From an uncultured Acidobacteriota bacterium (GTDB lineage Bacteria; Acidobacteriota; Polarisedimenticolia; J045), in the NCBI GenBank assembly GCA_963702425.1, contig CAVPCQ010000039.1, positions 84,338 through 148,337 on the forward strand: DNA of 64,000 bases, in the 5' to 3' direction. The first letter of the stretch is position 1, and each line of letters starts with the position of its first letter. Below, piece after piece: positions 63,196 through 64,000 of the stretch. The position numbers were made by a program, and so were the translations under genes. The notes beneath the pieces were generated by a model. It saw nothing but the letters and a program-made list of their open reading frames with translations, was not told the origin of the DNA and searched no databases.

Positions 63196-63825
63196 ATGGC
63201 TGAGATCGCCGTCGTCAACGCGAAGCGCCAGGAGGTGGGCACGCTGAGCCTGCCCGACACGGCTTTCGGCTACCCCTACAAGCGCCACCTCCTCTACGAG
63301 GCGGTGCGCCACTTCCTGGCCTGCGCCCGCGCCGGGACGCACAAGGCGAAGAACCGCACCGAGGTCAGCGGCGGCGGCAAGAAGCCCTGGAAGCAGAAGG
63401 GCACCGGTCGCGCCCGGCAGGGCTCGACGCGCTCCCCGCTCTGGCGCCACGGCGGCGTGGTCTTCGGCCCGGTCCCGCGCGACTACTCCTACGACTTCCC
63501 GCGCATGGCGCGGCGCCGCGCGCTGGCCTCCGCGCTGTCGGAGAAGGCCCGGCGCGGGCACCTGCTCGTGGTCGACGCGCTGCCGCTCGAGACGGTCAAG
63601 ACCAAGGCCGTCGCCGAGTACGTGCGCGCGGGCCTGAAGCTCGAGGGCAAGGTGCTGCTCGTCTTCGACGGCGAGAACCGGACGCTCGAGCGGGCCTCCC
63701 GCAACCACGCGGAGATCGGCGCGCTGCGCGCCCTGAACCTGCACGCCTACGACGTGCTGAACCACGACGCCGTCGTGATGAGCCGGGCTGCCGCCGAGCA
63801 GCTCGGGGAGGTTCTCTCCCGATGA
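63196..63825 (+). CDS. rplD: 50S ribosomal protein L4
   Basis: EVSGGGKKPWKQKGTGRARQGS, GGVVFGP. Confidence 0.97.
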   Translation: MAEIAVVNAKRQEVGTLSLPDTAFGYPYKRHLLYEAVRHFLACARAGTHKAKNRTEVSGGGKKPWKQKGTGRARQGSTRSPLWRHGGVVFGPVPRDYSYDFPRMARRRALASALSEKARRGHLLVVDALPLETVKTKAVAEYVRAGLKLEGKVLLVFDGENRTLERASRNHAEIGALRALNLHAYDVLNHDAVVMSRAAAEQLGEVLSR

Positions 63826-64000
63826 GCATGACTCTTGGCAGATTCTCCTCCGTCCCCGCCTGACGGAGAAGTCGACCCGGCTCAAGGAAGAGGCGGCGCG
63901 CTGGAAGAAGGCCGGTGAGACCTACGTCTTCGAGGTGCACCCAGCGCCAACAAGCTCCAGATCCGTTCCGCGGTCGAGGAGATCTTCGGCGTCGAGGGTC
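63822..64000 (+). CDS. rplW: 50S ribosomal protein L23 (partial; apparent indel errors)
   Basis: WQILLRPRLTEKS, YVFEVH, ANKLQIRSAVEEIFGV readable across frames; position after rplD. Confidence 0.85.

Overview
High-GC bacterial chromosome window, probably Acidobacteriota (inferred from a Cys-rich N-terminal RpoB insert). It has many single-base indels, even in rplW, which points to noisy long-read assembly. (1) 1-11.6 kb is an accessory Rhs (YD-repeat) polymorphic-toxin array: four near-identical partial Rhs cores plus a short fragment. Three end in the DPTGL cleavage motif and are followed by a variable C-terminal (CT) slot and a signal-peptide-bearing putative immunity gene. CT3 is an HExxH metallopeptidase-like domain, CT2 is its diverged EExxH homologue, and the CT1 slot is an anomalous cytosine-depleted tract. 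(2) 11.9-35.8 kb holds DUF58/transglutaminase/MoxR, a PPIase lipoprotein, a small Cys protein-adenosine deaminase-Gld-like ABC operon, an unannotated CxxU SelW/Rdx selenoprotein, Hpt plus diguanylate cyclase, queF, DUF971, an XRE-HTH/TPR regulator coupled to a small secreted protein (RRNPP-like), YtxG/YtxH-like genes, a 2-hydroxyacid dehydrogenase, an M16-like protein and korAB. (3) 35.9-64 kb is the translation/transcription supercluster: rplM-rpsI-rpsB-tsf-pyrH-frr-ispDF-rlmB, four tRNAs-tuf-rpmG-tRNA-Trp-secE-nusG-rplKAJL-rpoBC, an inserted ECF/anti-sigma/DUF4097 module, then rpsL-rpsG-tuf with no fusA, and rpsJ-rplC-rplD-rplW.
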